64,000 bases of DNA from Candidatus Thiodiazotropha sp. (GTDB taxonomy: Bacteria > Pseudomonadota > Gammaproteobacteria > Chromatiales > Chromatiaceae), in assembly GCA_040507225.1 (NCBI GenBank), contig JBEVVG010000001.1:337054-401053 (forward strand), in the 5' to 3' direction. The notes below the pieces were generated by a model. The model saw only the letters and a list, made by a program, of their open reading frames with translations, searched no databases and was not told the DNA's origin. Below, piece after piece: positions 1 through 9,555 of the stretch; the stretch's first letter is position 1; the number at the start of each line of letters is the position of its first letter. The position numbers and the translations under genes are program-made.

Positions 1-349
1 TTGCGCAGTTGGTCGTGATCAATGGCAGAAAGATACCCAGGGAGCGGAACAGTCCCGGGCTGAACTTCTTCAGGGTCATCTCCACCAACTGCACGGCGCT
101 GGCAATCACCGCGATATACGCGATAAGGCGCAGGAACTCGATCTCGAAGGCCACCAGAACCAGGTTGATCAGGTAGGCGCAAACCGAACTGACCAGCATC
201 ACGAACATGGTGGCCAGACCCATGGGCACGGCGGTGTTGAGTTTTCCGGATACACCGAGGAAAGGGCACAGACCTAAAAAAAGGGCCAAGACAAAGTTGT
301 TCGCCAGGACCGCGTTTAAAAATATGAAGCTGAGTGATTCTGTTGCCAT
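1..349 (-). CDS. rnfA: Rnf complex subunit A, N-terminal 116 codons only (3' end lies beyond the window edge)
   Basis: Absent from the ORF track because it runs off the edge. Reverse-complement translation from the ATG at 349-347 gives [52 protein letters not shown]...[11 protein letters not shown], a typical RnfA/RsxA N-terminus. It lies 100 nt downstream of rnfE on the same strand. Confidence 0.85.
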   Translation of the reverse strand, partial: MATESLSFIFLNAVLANNFVLALFLGLCPFLGVSGKLNTAVPMGLATMFVMLVSSVCAYLINLVLVAFEIEFLRLIAYIAVIASAVQLVEMTLKKFSPGLFRSLGIFLPLITTNCA

Positions 350-359
350 GGCATTTACA

Positions 360-444
360 AGTTTTGAGTTATCGTGTGCGCTGCACGCACGCCTGGACTT
401 AGAAAAAAGTTTTGTTCGCTGAGCGAGTTCCTCAACTCAAAACT
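360..444. repeat. 11-bp inverted repeat in the rnfE-rnfA spacer
   Basis: agttttgagtt (360-370) is the exact reverse complement of aactcaaaact (434-444). The 63-nt loop contains a nested gtgcg...cgcac hairpin. Confidence 0.65.
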
Positions 445-449
445 CGAAG

Positions 450-1097
450 TCATCGTGTTTCCTCCACCGTCTGCAGCGCCGTCCGCTCTTTGCGCTGTTT
501 CATCCATTCAAATAGCAGCAACCACACCCCCAGCACAATGAAGCCTCCCGCCGGGAGTACCATCACCACCCAGGGTTCGAAACGGGGCCCGAACAGGTCG
601 ACACCGAACAGGCTTCCAGCGCCGAGCACTTCACGGACCATGCCCAGGCAGAGCAGGGCGAAGGTGAAACCAATGCCCATACCCAGGGCGTTGGTCAATG
701 CCTTGACCGGGGGGTTACGCGAGGCGTAGGCCTCGGCACGACCCAGGATCATGCAATTGACCACGATCAACTGGATAAAAGCGCCCAGTGCGTTGTAGAG
801 ATCCAGGGAGATCGCCTGAATGGTGTAGTCGACGATGGTGACAAATGTGGCGATGATCACGATGTAGGTGGCGATCCGCACCTGCTTGGGGATACTGCGA
901 CGCAACAGAGAGATCAGCGCGCCGGATGCGAGTAGTACGAAGGTGGTGGCCAGGCCCATCGCCAGGGCATTGATGGCGGAGTTCGTTACCGCCAGTACCG
1001 GGCACATTCCGAGGAGCATGACGAACACGGGGTTCTCCCGCCAGAGACCTTCGCTGAAGGTCTCCCAGGTAATGCTGTCATTGGTGTTCTTGGCCAT
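450..1097 (-). CDS. rnfE: Rnf complex subunit E
   Basis: 215-aa polytopic membrane ORF. ...WRENPVFVMLLGMCPVLAVT... matches the RnfE/RsxE family. Operon context. Confidence 0.9.
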   Translation of the reverse strand: MAKNTNDSITWETFSEGLWRENPVFVMLLGMCPVLAVTNSAINALAMGLATTFVLLASGALISLLRRSIPKQVRIATYIVIIATFVTIVDYTIQAISLDLYNALGAFIQLIVVNCMILGRAEAYASRNPPVKALTNALGMGIGFTFALLCLGMVREVLGAGSLFGVDLFGPRFEPWVVMVLPAGGFIVLGVWLLLFEWMKQRKERTALQTVEETR

Positions 1098-1206
1098 ATT
1101 GCAATCGTCCGCCTGGAAACGAAATTAATAACAATGTTGTGTCGAAGATGCCTTGCTGCGGGTCAACCGATCGGTCATGAGTCCATCTTCGCTCGGCTCT
1201 CTGTGA

Positions 1207-1905
1207 TCAGGGATTGGCATCGGCAGCACCTGTCTGGAGTTTCTGGATCTGTGGAAACAACATCGGCAAAACATGCTTGGCCGACTGGTTCAGGGCCTTA
1301 CCGACGGCTTTCGAGGAGATCGTGGCGCCTGATATGGCGTCGATCTCCCAGGGGTTGCGCTTGGTCCCGTGTTTGACCGTGACGATGTCGTGGGCCAGGT
1401 CGCTGCCGTCATCATTGAGTCGGGCATCGAGTTGCTCGAAATTGGCGACGAAGTCGGCATCATGAATGATCTTGTCGCCCAGGCCCGGGGTTTCGGCCAG
1501 TTTCAACACCTTGATGCCACGCACGCACTGGCACTCGGGATCATATCCGTACAGCAGGTGTACCAGGTCTGCATAACCCTGTGCAGCGGCATTGGTGGCG
1601 ATGCCGAGGAGTTGTCCATCGGCGTCGTAACCGGCATACACCGGAATGCCATCGCTGGGTGCATCACTGTCCGCTTCGCTCAGTCCCTGTTCGGAAATCA
1701 TGAAATTTCGCTTGCTCACCGCACCGGGTATCACCTGGAATACCGCCGCCTCGATGGCGCGGCGCTGGTTGTCTGCGATGATCGGCTTGGTCAGTTGATA
1801 GGTCAGCACCACGAGAAAGCCTGAGAGCATTGCGATACCCACCAGGGTACGGATCATCGGCCCGGCCGGGGTGGTCGGTTGCCGGGTGGCTTCGGTACTG
1901 CTCAT
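1207..1905 (-). CDS. rnfG: Rnf complex subunit G (FMN-binding)
   Basis: 232 aa with an N-terminal TM helix and the SGATISS flavinylation motif near the C-terminus. 4-nt ATGA overlap with the rnfD stop. Confidence 0.85.
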   Translation of the reverse strand: MSSTEATRQPTTPAGPMIRTLVGIAMLSGFLVVLTYQLTKPIIADNQRRAIEAAVFQVIPGAVSKRNFMISEQGLSEADSDAPSDGIPVYAGYDADGQLLGIATNAAAQGYADLVHLLYGYDPECQCVRGIKVLKLAETPGLGDKIIHDADFVANFEQLDARLNDDGSDLAHDIVTVKHGTKRNPWEIDAISGATISSKAVGKALNQSAKHVLPMLFPQIQKLQTGAADANP

Positions 1906-2951
1906 TTGCCCGCCCTCTGTGCGCCAAATACCCGTGGTTGGGTGAGTTGATCAATCAGCGGGGTGGCCGCGTTACCCAGCAGGATGGCATACATCACGCC
2001 TTCGGTGAGACCGCCGAACAGGCGTATGACCACGGTGAGAACTCCGATCAGCAATGCATAGATGATCACACCCAGCGGGGTGACCGGGGAGCCCACCATG
2101 TCGCTGGCCATGAACCAGGCGCCGAGCATCAGACCTCCGGAACAGAGGACGAAGAGGGGGTCGGGATACTGCGCCGGGTCGATCAGGTAGAAGATACCCG
2201 AGGTTCCGGCCGCGCCGACCATTACCATCACCGGGATACGCCAGTCGAGCATGCGGCGAAATGCCAGGTAGAGCCCACACAGCAGGATCAACAGGGCGGA
2301 AGTCTCCCCGGCGGATCCGGCCGTGGTGCCCAGCAACAGATCCATCAGATCAGCCTGGATGCCTTCGAATTTCTGCATGGCCAGGGGCGTGGCCCCGCTG
2401 AAGGCATCCACCTTTACCGTGGAGACCCAGTCGGCGATCGCAGGGGGCTGAAGGAATGGTGGTGTCAGGGTTGTGGGGACGAACTGGGTAAAGCGTCCCT
2501 CGAACAAGGCGGGGGTCCAGGTAGTGATTGCGACCGGAAAAGCGGCCTGGACGAAAGCCCGGCCGATCAATGCCGGGTTCATGGCGTTCATGCCCAGGCC
2601 GCCGAACAGAGCCTTGCCCATGGCAATGCCTACGAAACCAGCCACCATACCCATCCAAAGCGGGAATCCGGGGGGCAGGGTCAGGGCCAGCAACAGACCG
2701 GTGATCACCGCCGACCAGTCGCCAATGGAACTGGGTTGTCCGCTGAGGCGGTTGAACAGCCGTTCACTCCCCAGACAGGTTGCTGTCACCACCAGTATCA
2801 GGGCCAGGGCGCTGAGGCCAAACTGCCACACGGTAAAGGCGCAAATCGGTGCCAGGGCATAGACCACGTTGCGCATGATCCGCACCACATCGTCCCCGGC
2901 ATGGGCGTGGGGTGAGGTGCGCAGCTCGATGGTGGGTTTCTTTCGTATCAT
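1902..2951 (-). CDS. rnfD: Rnf complex subunit D
   Basis: 349-aa multi-TM ORF with the FSGATPL flavin-attachment motif, typical of RnfD/NqrB-like proteins. Confidence 0.9.
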   Translation of the reverse strand: MIRKKPTIELRTSPHAHAGDDVVRIMRNVVYALAPICAFTVWQFGLSALALILVVTATCLGSERLFNRLSGQPSSIGDWSAVITGLLLALTLPPGFPLWMGMVAGFVGIAMGKALFGGLGMNAMNPALIGRAFVQAAFPVAITTWTPALFEGRFTQFVPTTLTPPFLQPPAIADWVSTVKVDAFSGATPLAMQKFEGIQADLMDLLLGTTAGSAGETSALLILLCGLYLAFRRMLDWRIPVMVMVGAAGTSGIFYLIDPAQYPDPLFVLCSGGLMLGAWFMASDMVGSPVTPLGVIIYALLIGVLTVVIRLFGGLTEGVMYAILLGNAATPLIDQLTQPRVFGAQRAGK

Positions 2952-2995
2952 CAGTAATCGTTGCCTAGTTCAACGCGGCATGTTTTTCATTGCAT

Positions 2996-3160
2996 AAAGC
3001 TGTGAGCAAAGCGAACACAACCCATTCAAAACACATAACTTAAAATTTTCTGGTTCTCACGCAGAGCGTGGGATCGAGTCGGTAGTTGGCCGGAGTTCAT
3101 TCGTTCCGACGCAGAGTGTGGGAATAAGGCAAAAAGCCGTGAGCAAAGCGAACACATCCA
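2996..3160. repeat. Short intergenic repeats in the rnfC-rnfD spacer
   Basis: aaagc(t/c)gtgagcaaagcgaacaca occurs at 2996-3019 and 3133-3156. cgcagag(c/t)gtggga occurs at 3060-3073 and 3110-3123. The 10-mer aactcaaaac at 3174-3183 recurs at 434-443. Confidence 0.7.
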
Positions 3161-3192
3161 ATTAAAAACTAAGAACTCAAAACCAAAAACTC

Positions 3193-4533
3193 TCATGTCT
3201 TCTGCTCCCGATTGATCGCCTTGGCAATCCGAAAATACTGCACCAATGGAATGTTGGAGGGGCAGACATAAGAGCAGCAACCGCACTCGAAGCAGTTGTT
3301 GAGGCTGTAATCGTCCGCCATCTGCTCGTAGCGTCGTTTGGCTGCGAGCTGTCCCAGCATCGACGGGTTGAGATGCATCGGGCAGGCCTGCACGCAGCGG
3401 GAACAGCGAATGCAAGGCCAGATCCTGTGACTCTCCTCTTCGATGGACGGCTCGCTGAGAACCAGCAGCCCGGAGGTCCCTTTGCTGACCGGAGTCTCCA
3501 TGGCGGAGACCGCGGAACCCATCATCGGACCGCCGAGAATGAACTCGGTGCGGGTGCCTTCGTAGCCTACCTGATCCAGGATGTGGCGGATCGGCGTGCC
3601 CAGGGGTACCAGATAGTTGCCCGGTTTGAGGATTCCGGGTCCGGCTACAGTGATGACCCGTTCGATCAGGCCCTGACCCGCGGGCAGCAGATCACCCAAT
3701 GCCGCGAGGGTGCCGACATTGTTGACCACCACACCCACATCGGCGGGCAGTCCGCCGGTGGGTACCTCGCGGTCCAGCACCGACTTGATCAGCATCTTCT
3801 CCGAACCCTGGGGATATTTGGTCTCGACCACCTCGACGCGTATCGAACTTCCCGGGCTGAGCTCGCCGCGCAGCACCTCCACGGCGTTCATCTTGTTGTC
3901 TTCGATGCCGATGATCGCCTGCTGGGTGCCGGTGGCACGCATGGCATAGCGGATACCCCGAATCAGCGCCTTGGGATATTCGAGCATCATGCGATGATCG
4001 CAGGTCAGATAGGGTTCGCACTCACAACCATTGATCACCAGGGTATCGACCGGTTTGTCGGGAGGCAGGGTGAGCTTCATATGGGATGGGAAGGCGGCGC
4101 CGCCCAGACCCACCATACCGGACTCCTGGATTGCCTGGATGATCTGCTCCGGGGTATGTTCACTCATATCCCGGGGATTGGACCAGAGAATCTCCTGGGT
4201 GGAGCCTTCATAGACGTCGATGACGATCGCCCGGGTCTTGGGTCCTTTAGCGGAGGGCATCAATTCTATATCCCTTACACGCCCGGTGGCCGGGGCGTGC
4301 AAAGGTACCGAAAAATTCCCGTCGGCCCGTGCTATGGGCTCGCCGCGGACCACTTCCTGGCCTTTCTGGACCAGTGGTATCGCAGGTTTGCCGATGTGCT
4401 GGTCCAGCGGCAGTACCAGCTGCGCGGGGAAGGGCAAACGTCGGATCGGTTTATCCGCCGTATCCTTGTGATAGGGCGGATGGATACCGTGGGTGAAGCC
4501 TTTTTGCCCAAACAGCAGATTGAACAATCCCAT
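3193..4533 (-). CDS. rnfC: Rnf complex subunit C (short form)
   Basis: 446 aa. Has the GMVGLGGAAFPS nucleotide-binding motif and two 4Fe-4S motifs, CIRCSRCVQACP and CFECGCCSYVCP. Confidence 0.9.
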   Translation of the reverse strand: MGLFNLLFGQKGFTHGIHPPYHKDTADKPIRRLPFPAQLVLPLDQHIGKPAIPLVQKGQEVVRGEPIARADGNFSVPLHAPATGRVRDIELMPSAKGPKTRAIVIDVYEGSTQEILWSNPRDMSEHTPEQIIQAIQESGMVGLGGAAFPSHMKLTLPPDKPVDTLVINGCECEPYLTCDHRMMLEYPKALIRGIRYAMRATGTQQAIIGIEDNKMNAVEVLRGELSPGSSIRVEVVETKYPQGSEKMLIKSVLDREVPTGGLPADVGVVVNNVGTLAALGDLLPAGQGLIERVITVAGPGILKPGNYLVPLGTPIRHILDQVGYEGTRTEFILGGPMMGSAVSAMETPVSKGTSGLLVLSEPSIEEESHRIWPCIRCSRCVQACPMHLNPSMLGQLAAKRRYEQMADDYSLNNCFECGCCSYVCPSNIPLVQYFRIAKAINREQKT

Positions 4534-4550
4534 AGTTTCAGATCCGGATC

Positions 4551-4576
4551 TCAGGCGGAGCCAGAACTCCGCCTGA
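4551..4576 (-). other. Perfect 10-bp stem hairpin between the PFOR gene and rnfC (no U-tract)
   Basis: tcaggcggag-ccagaa-ctccgcctga. It lies 42 nt after the PFOR stop codon and is not followed by a T-run on the transcribed strand. Confidence 0.5.
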
Positions 4577-4617
4577 TGCAGACAGGTTATCGGTACGACA
4601 AACGACAGGTGCAGGCA

Positions 4618-7600
4618 TTACTGGAACTTCGCCGCCCGCTTGACCAGTTTGTCCAGATCCTTTTCCGAGGGGTTCCAGGGTGTACCGGGATGAATGCAGC
4701 CGGCGGTGCACTTCTCGGCCGCTTTGACGATATCCTTGTAAGCGCCGCCCTTGGGATCGAGGATCTCGGCCTTCTTATCGCCGTTGTAGGCAAAAATCTT
4801 GGGATTGATCTCGATGCACTCGTCGCAGGCGGTACACTCCGGAGTCTCGATCCAGACCGGCTCGTAGTCACCCATGTCGGCGCCATTGCCGCCACCCGCC
4901 GCGGAGGCGGCGCCTGCACCATTACCGTTGGCCGACAGGGAGCCGGCGAGGGCGTTGGCGTTACCACTGGCGGCCAGCGAAAGCAGGGTGGAACTCAGGC
5001 GGTTGGCCATGTCGATCTTGGCTTGGTCGACCAGGGCGTTCACGTCCAGCTTGTTCAGCTCACCCGCGATGCCCTTGAGTTGATGCCAGAACTGACGACG
5101 CTCGATGCAGGAGTTGGCGATCTCCTGTGCGCAGATGACCCGCATCAGGCGGTTTTTGCCGTCGGTGGCCCAGATGTACGGGAACTTGCCTTCCCGGTCG
5201 TCCTCGTCCAGTTCGATGAACTCATGCATCGGCACCATGTCGTCGTTCCAGGTCTCCGGCGGCGCTTTGCGGAACTGCTTGCGGAAGCGACCCTCGGTAA
5301 GGGCGAAATCGGCGAAGGTCATGGGCACCTCCAGTTTCTCCTCCTCGCCCTTTTCGTTCTGGTAGCTGAGCGAATAGACCGGCCAATCGGTCTCCAGTGA
5401 GGGGTTGCCTTCCAGGTCGATGCACTCCTCGATTGATTCCCCAGCATCCGGGTCATACTTGATCAGGGGATAAGCGCGACTCTCCACCGCCATTTTCGAC
5501 TGTTCGTAGGCCCGATCGTCGCCCACGCCGTGTTCCGGCGGACACACCGCATAGATGTTGAACAGGGCCGGACGGCGGCTGTTGAGTCCGTCGATATAGC
5601 CCTCGATCAGGTGAGTGGCATTGCTGATCGCACTCTGCAGCACGTAGGTGGTGCGGTGGGCGATACCGATCAGGGAAACCTCCTTGCGGATTTCCTCTTT
5701 ACCTTTCCAGGCCTTGCCATAGGGGCTCATGTCCGCCACCTGGCCGATGTAGCCCGAGGTGCAGGCCTGGCCGCCGGTGTTGGAGTAGACCTGGGTGTCA
5801 AGCACCAGAACCTTGATCGGGTGGCCGGAAGCCAGGGCTCGGGAAAGGTTCTGGAAACCGATGTCGTACATGGCGCCGTCACCGCCGATGGAGACCACCG
5901 GAGGGCACAGTAACCATTCATCATCGGTGAACTGTTTCCAGTTGAACTGTTTGAAGAACGCATCATGCTCGGCCGGGTTGTACTTGCCGGCCAGTTCCAG
6001 TTCCGCCTTGCGGATGGCAGAGAAGCCATCGGCCATCTTGTGCATGTGCCCTTCGAACAGACCCATCGCCATGGAGGGACTGTCCTGGAACAGGTGGCTG
6101 GCCCAGGGGAAGGGGTAGGGGTTGTAGGGGAAGGTGGAGCCCCACACGGAGGTACAACCGGTGGAGTTGACGATGCCCATCTCGGCGCGGCCGTTATTGG
6201 TCACGCCTTCCAGGTAGCGCCACTTCAGGTCTCTCAGCTGATCCAGCAGACGGGTGACCCACTGCAGCCATTCGCGGTCGATGACGGTCTTTTCGTGACC
6301 GGCATCCAGGCTGTCGCTGAGACCGGACAGGGTCAGGTCGCCATCGCTGTCGGTAGCCTGGGCGATCGCGCTGGCGCTGCTCAGGTCGACCCCGGAGGCC
6401 AGTTTCAGACGCACGTGCTGTTCGAGTTGTTCGATCAGCTTCTCGATTCGCGCCACCTCGGTCTTCACCCGGGGCTGCATCAGCGCGGTCACGGTGCTGG
6501 TAAAGAGATGGATGATGGTCTTCTCGCCACAGCCCAGACAGGCGCCGTCACCGCAGACCATGGCGCTGTAGTTGTCCTTGTCCAGCAGCAGGGTATGCAG
6601 CGCGCCGATTTTCTCGTCCAGGTCGTCGATGCGGTTGAAGCTGGCATCTGTGGTGGGCAGGTCGAGCCACAGGGACCAGTCACTGCGCATCTTCTCGATC
6701 GCCGCTTCGTCCTGATGGGTGGCGAGCAGCGCCTCATCTTCACAGACGTCCACGCATTCCATACAGCCTTTACAGGTGTAGGGATTGACGGTGATCGAGA
6801 ACAGCCCGCCACTGCCCTTGTTCTTCTTCTCCAGGTTGTTCCAGTAGGGTTTGGTGATGGAGAAATCGAAGTCCACCAGCGCCTGCAGGAAGAGGCCGAA
6901 CTCCTCTTCGAGCACCGGGCGTTGTGCATCCTCCAGTTCAGCGGCTGAGAGGGTCTCGAGTACCGCCTGGTCAAGCAGGACCCGTACATCCGCCGCTTCA
7001 CCGGCCTCGTTGAGCAATTCACGCAGACGTTTTTCGACGTTGCGGCTCTCGCGACGCAGGTGTTGGGTTGGACGGCCGCCGGTTTCAATGCGGTTGATCG
7101 CGGTGTTGAAAACATCGCTGACTTTGTTGACCAGACCCGGGATGGCGCTGTCGGGACAGATGGAGTAGCAGTCACCGCAGGCGGTGCAGTTCTCCGCCAC
7201 CCACTTCGGATAGTCGAAGCGGATCTGGGTCATGTCGCGGAACACACCGGTGGAGGCCGGCATCAGAGAGAGGGCCTGGTAGGGGTCCGCCAGGTTGTCG
7301 GAGCCTTTACCGGTGGCGTAGAAGCTGCCGGTCTGTTCCCAGAAACGGTGTACGTCTGAGATACCGCCGTCGGACTGGGGCAGCTGCTTGAGCATGATCG
7401 GCAGGGCCGGGGCCTTCTTCTCAGGCTGAGCGGCGACCGCGCCGACCACCTTCTCGGCGATCTCATGGATTTCGTCGAAACCGCGACGTACCACCCGCAG
7501 GTTGTCCTCGACCACCCGGCGGCCCTTGCTGCCGAACTTGTGCTCCAGCTGGTCCTCGATGGCGGCGAACAGTTTCTTCTCGTCCAGGCCGGCCATCTGC

Positions 7601-9555
7601 ATCAGCGGTGAGCCGGCAAAGAAGGCGCCCTGGAAGGCGTTGCCCTGCATACGCAGCTGCAGTTCCGGGTTGGAGGCCTCTTCGCGGGCGATCTTGAAAC
7701 CGTCCACGTAGAACACATGGATTTCGTTGTCGACCACCTGTTGCTGCATCCAGCGGGGAAAGCTTTGCCATACCTCATCCGCGCTGCCCAGGTTGGACTG
7801 AATGATCAGGGTGCCGCCTTTCTTCAGACCACTCAGGGGGTTGGAGTGGCCGAACACATTCGGGTCGGGGCTCAGCACCACGTCCACATAGTGGTATTCG
7901 CAGTTGAGCGGGATCGGGGTGGGCGCGGCCGCCAGGTAGTAGGTGGTCGGCTGGCCCTTCTTCTCGGAACCGTACTTCGGGTTGGCCTTGATCTCGTAAC
8001 CCAACAGATCGTAGAGGGTCATGACCAGGTTCTTACCGGTGGTGATAGCGCCCCAGCCACCCACCGAGTGCATGCGCACGGTGATCGAGCCTTCCGGCAT
8101 CAGATTGGGATTCTCGGAGCCGCGCACCGCCATCTCGCCGATCTTGGGATAGGCCTCCAGCAGCTTCTGGATGTGAATCTCCTGCTTGGGAGTCGCGGCG
8201 TCGCGTACGAAGTCGATACCCAGATAGAAGAACTTACGGTGCGGACCCTCGGGCAGCATATTCTCCACCGCACCGATCAGCGCCTCGGGCTGCAGATCAC
8301 GGGAACCCAGTCCATACGCGCCCGAGTACAGATTGGGCACTTCGCTGAGACGCTCGTAGGTGTCGTACTGCGGATACGGCAGGTCCTGCTTGTTGGCGAC
8401 CGCCTGACCGTTCTCGATGCACTTGGTGACCGCGGCCCGGGCCTCGCGCATCAGCGGCAGGTCTTCCGCCAACGGCTGGTCGGTACGTTCCAGCACCACC
8501 ACGCCTTTCTTGCCTTTGAGTATTTTGCCCAGCAGGTCGCCGGGGAAGGGGCGGAACATGGTCAGGTCGATGACACCCACCTTGAGTTTGCGGGTCTTTT
8601 CCAGATAGTCCGCAACGCCGTGGGCCTGGACCACCATCGAGCCCATGCCGACGATCAGGTAGTCGGCCTTTTCCGCCTTGTAGGCGCCGATTCGGTTGTA
8701 ACGGCGCCCGGTCAACTCATAGAACTCGTCCATCACCTGGTCGGTGATCTCCGCGATGTGCTGGAAAAAATAGGGACGTTGCGCTGCGGTGGTCTGCATG
8801 TACGCGTCCTGGTTCTGCACCGAGCCGGAGAGCATGGGGTTGTCCACATCCCAGATCGCAGGCACCCGGCGGCGGGTTTCGCCGAACAGCAGTTTCTGGG
8901 AAGGGGTGGGGCATTCGATCTCGTCATCGGGACGGCCGAGGAACTCGGTGATCATCTCCCGCTCGGGTACCTGCAGGGGCTCGATCAGATGGGTGGTGAG
9001 AAAACCGTCCTGGGCTACCGCGGCGGGCGTCAGGGAGAGTTCAGCGATCTTGCGGCCGATCAGGTTGAGGTCCGCCGCGCCTTGGGCGTTGTTGGCGAAG
9101 ACCTGGAAAAAACCGGTGTCGTCGATACAGTGGAAATCGTCATGCCCGCAGTGCACGTTGAGCGACGCCTTGGTGATGGCGCGGCAGCCGATATTCAACA
9201 CATAGGGCAGACGCTTGCCCACCGCCGCGTAGAGCGACTCGTGCATGAAGGCCACGCCCTGGGCGGAGGAGAAGTTGGTGGCGCGCAGTCCTGTCATGGA
9301 CATGCCTGCGGTCACCGCGGCGGCGGCGTGTTCGGACTCCGGTTCGATGAAGATCAGCGAACGATCGGAGATGTTGACGTGACCCTTGGCGGTCTCCTCG
9401 GCCCAGTACTCACCCATTTGGGTCGATGGTGTGATCGGGTATGCACCGGCGGCGTCAGAGGCCTCGCGCTCGCACATGATGACCGCGCCGTTGCCGTCCA
9501 TCGCCATGCGGATACCGGGATACTTGAAGGTCTTTTCGTCTTTCTTACCGAACAT
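4618..9555 (-). CDS. nifJ: Pyruvate:ferredoxin (flavodoxin) oxidoreductase, unusually long form (about 1645 aa) with a C-terminal ferredoxin-like module
   Basis: N-terminus ...MDGNGAVIMCEREASDAAGAYPITPSTQMGEYW is PFOR domain I. Also present: GGWGAITTGKNL (domain III), CTACGDCYSICP and CKGCMECVDVCE (ferredoxin domain), CGDGACLGCGEK, NSTGCTSVWG and GGDGAMYDIGFQ (TPP domain). The tail is CTACDECIEINP...CTAGCIHPG. The ORF-track start at 9594 is TTG. I prefer the ATG at 9555 (MFGKKDEK...), but this is not certain. Confidence 0.9.
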   Translation of the reverse strand: MFGKKDEKTFKYPGIRMAMDGNGAVIMCEREASDAAGAYPITPSTQMGEYWAEETAKGHVNISDRSLIFIEPESEHAAAAVTAGMSMTGLRATNFSSAQGVAFMHESLYAAVGKRLPYVLNIGCRAITKASLNVHCGHDDFHCIDDTGFFQVFANNAQGAADLNLIGRKIAELSLTPAAVAQDGFLTTHLIEPLQVPEREMITEFLGRPDDEIECPTPSQKLLFGETRRRVPAIWDVDNPMLSGSVQNQDAYMQTTAAQRPYFFQHIAEITDQVMDEFYELTGRRYNRIGAYKAEKADYLIVGMGSMVVQAHGVADYLEKTRKLKVGVIDLTMFRPFPGDLLGKILKGKKGVVVLERTDQPLAEDLPLMREARAAVTKCIENGQAVANKQDLPYPQYDTYERLSEVPNLYSGAYGLGSRDLQPEALIGAVENMLPEGPHRKFFYLGIDFVRDAATPKQEIHIQKLLEAYPKIGEMAVRGSENPNLMPEGSITVRMHSVGGWGAITTGKNLVMTLYDLLGYEIKANPKYGSEKKGQPTTYYLAAAPTPIPLNCEYHYVDVVLSPDPNVFGHSNPLSGLKKGGTLIIQSNLGSADEVWQSFPRWMQQQVVDNEIHVFYVDGFKIAREEASNPELQLRMQGNAFQGAFFAGSPLMQMAGLDEKKLFAAIEDQLEHKFGSKGRRVVEDNLRVVRRGFDEIHEIAEKVVGAVAAQPEKKAPALPIMLKQLPQSDGGISDVHRFWEQTGSFYATGKGSDNLADPYQALSLMPASTGVFRDMTQIRFDYPKWVAENCTACGDCYSICPDSAIPGLVNKVSDVFNTAINRIETGGRPTQHLRRESRNVEKRLRELLNEAGEAADVRVLLDQAVLETLSAAELEDAQRPVLEEEFGLFLQALVDFDFSITKPYWNNLEKKNKGSGGLFSITVNPYTCKGCMECVDVCEDEALLATHQDEAAIEKMRSDWSLWLDLPTTDASFNRIDDLDEKIGALHTLLLDKDNYSAMVCGDGACLGCGEKTIIHLFTSTVTALMQPRVKTEVARIEKLIEQLEQHVRLKLASGVDLSSASAIAQATDSDGDLTLSGLSDSLDAGHEKTVIDREWLQWVTRLLDQLRDLKWRYLEGVTNNGRAEMGIVNSTGCTSVWGSTFPYNPYPFPWASHLFQDSPSMAMGLFEGHMHKMADGFSAIRKAELELAGKYNPAEHDAFFKQFNWKQFTDDEWLLCPPVVSIGGDGAMYDIGFQNLSRALASGHPIKVLVLDTQVYSNTGGQACTSGYIGQVADMSPYGKAWKGKEEIRKEVSLIGIAHRTTYVLQSAISNATHLIEGYIDGLNSRRPALFNIYAVCPPEHGVGDDRAYEQSKMAVESRAYPLIKYDPDAGESIEECIDLEGNPSLETDWPVYSLSYQNEKGEEEKLEVPMTFADFALTEGRFRKQFRKAPPETWNDDMVPMHEFIELDEDDREGKFPYIWATDGKNRLMRVICAQEIANSCIERRQFWHQLKGIAGELNKLDVNALVDQAKIDMANRLSSTLLSLAASGNANALAGSLSANGNGAGAASAAGGGNGADMGDYEPVWIETPECTACDECIEINPKIFAYNGDKKAEILDPKGGAYKDIVKAAEKCTAGCIHPGTPWNPSEKDLDKLVKRAAKFQ

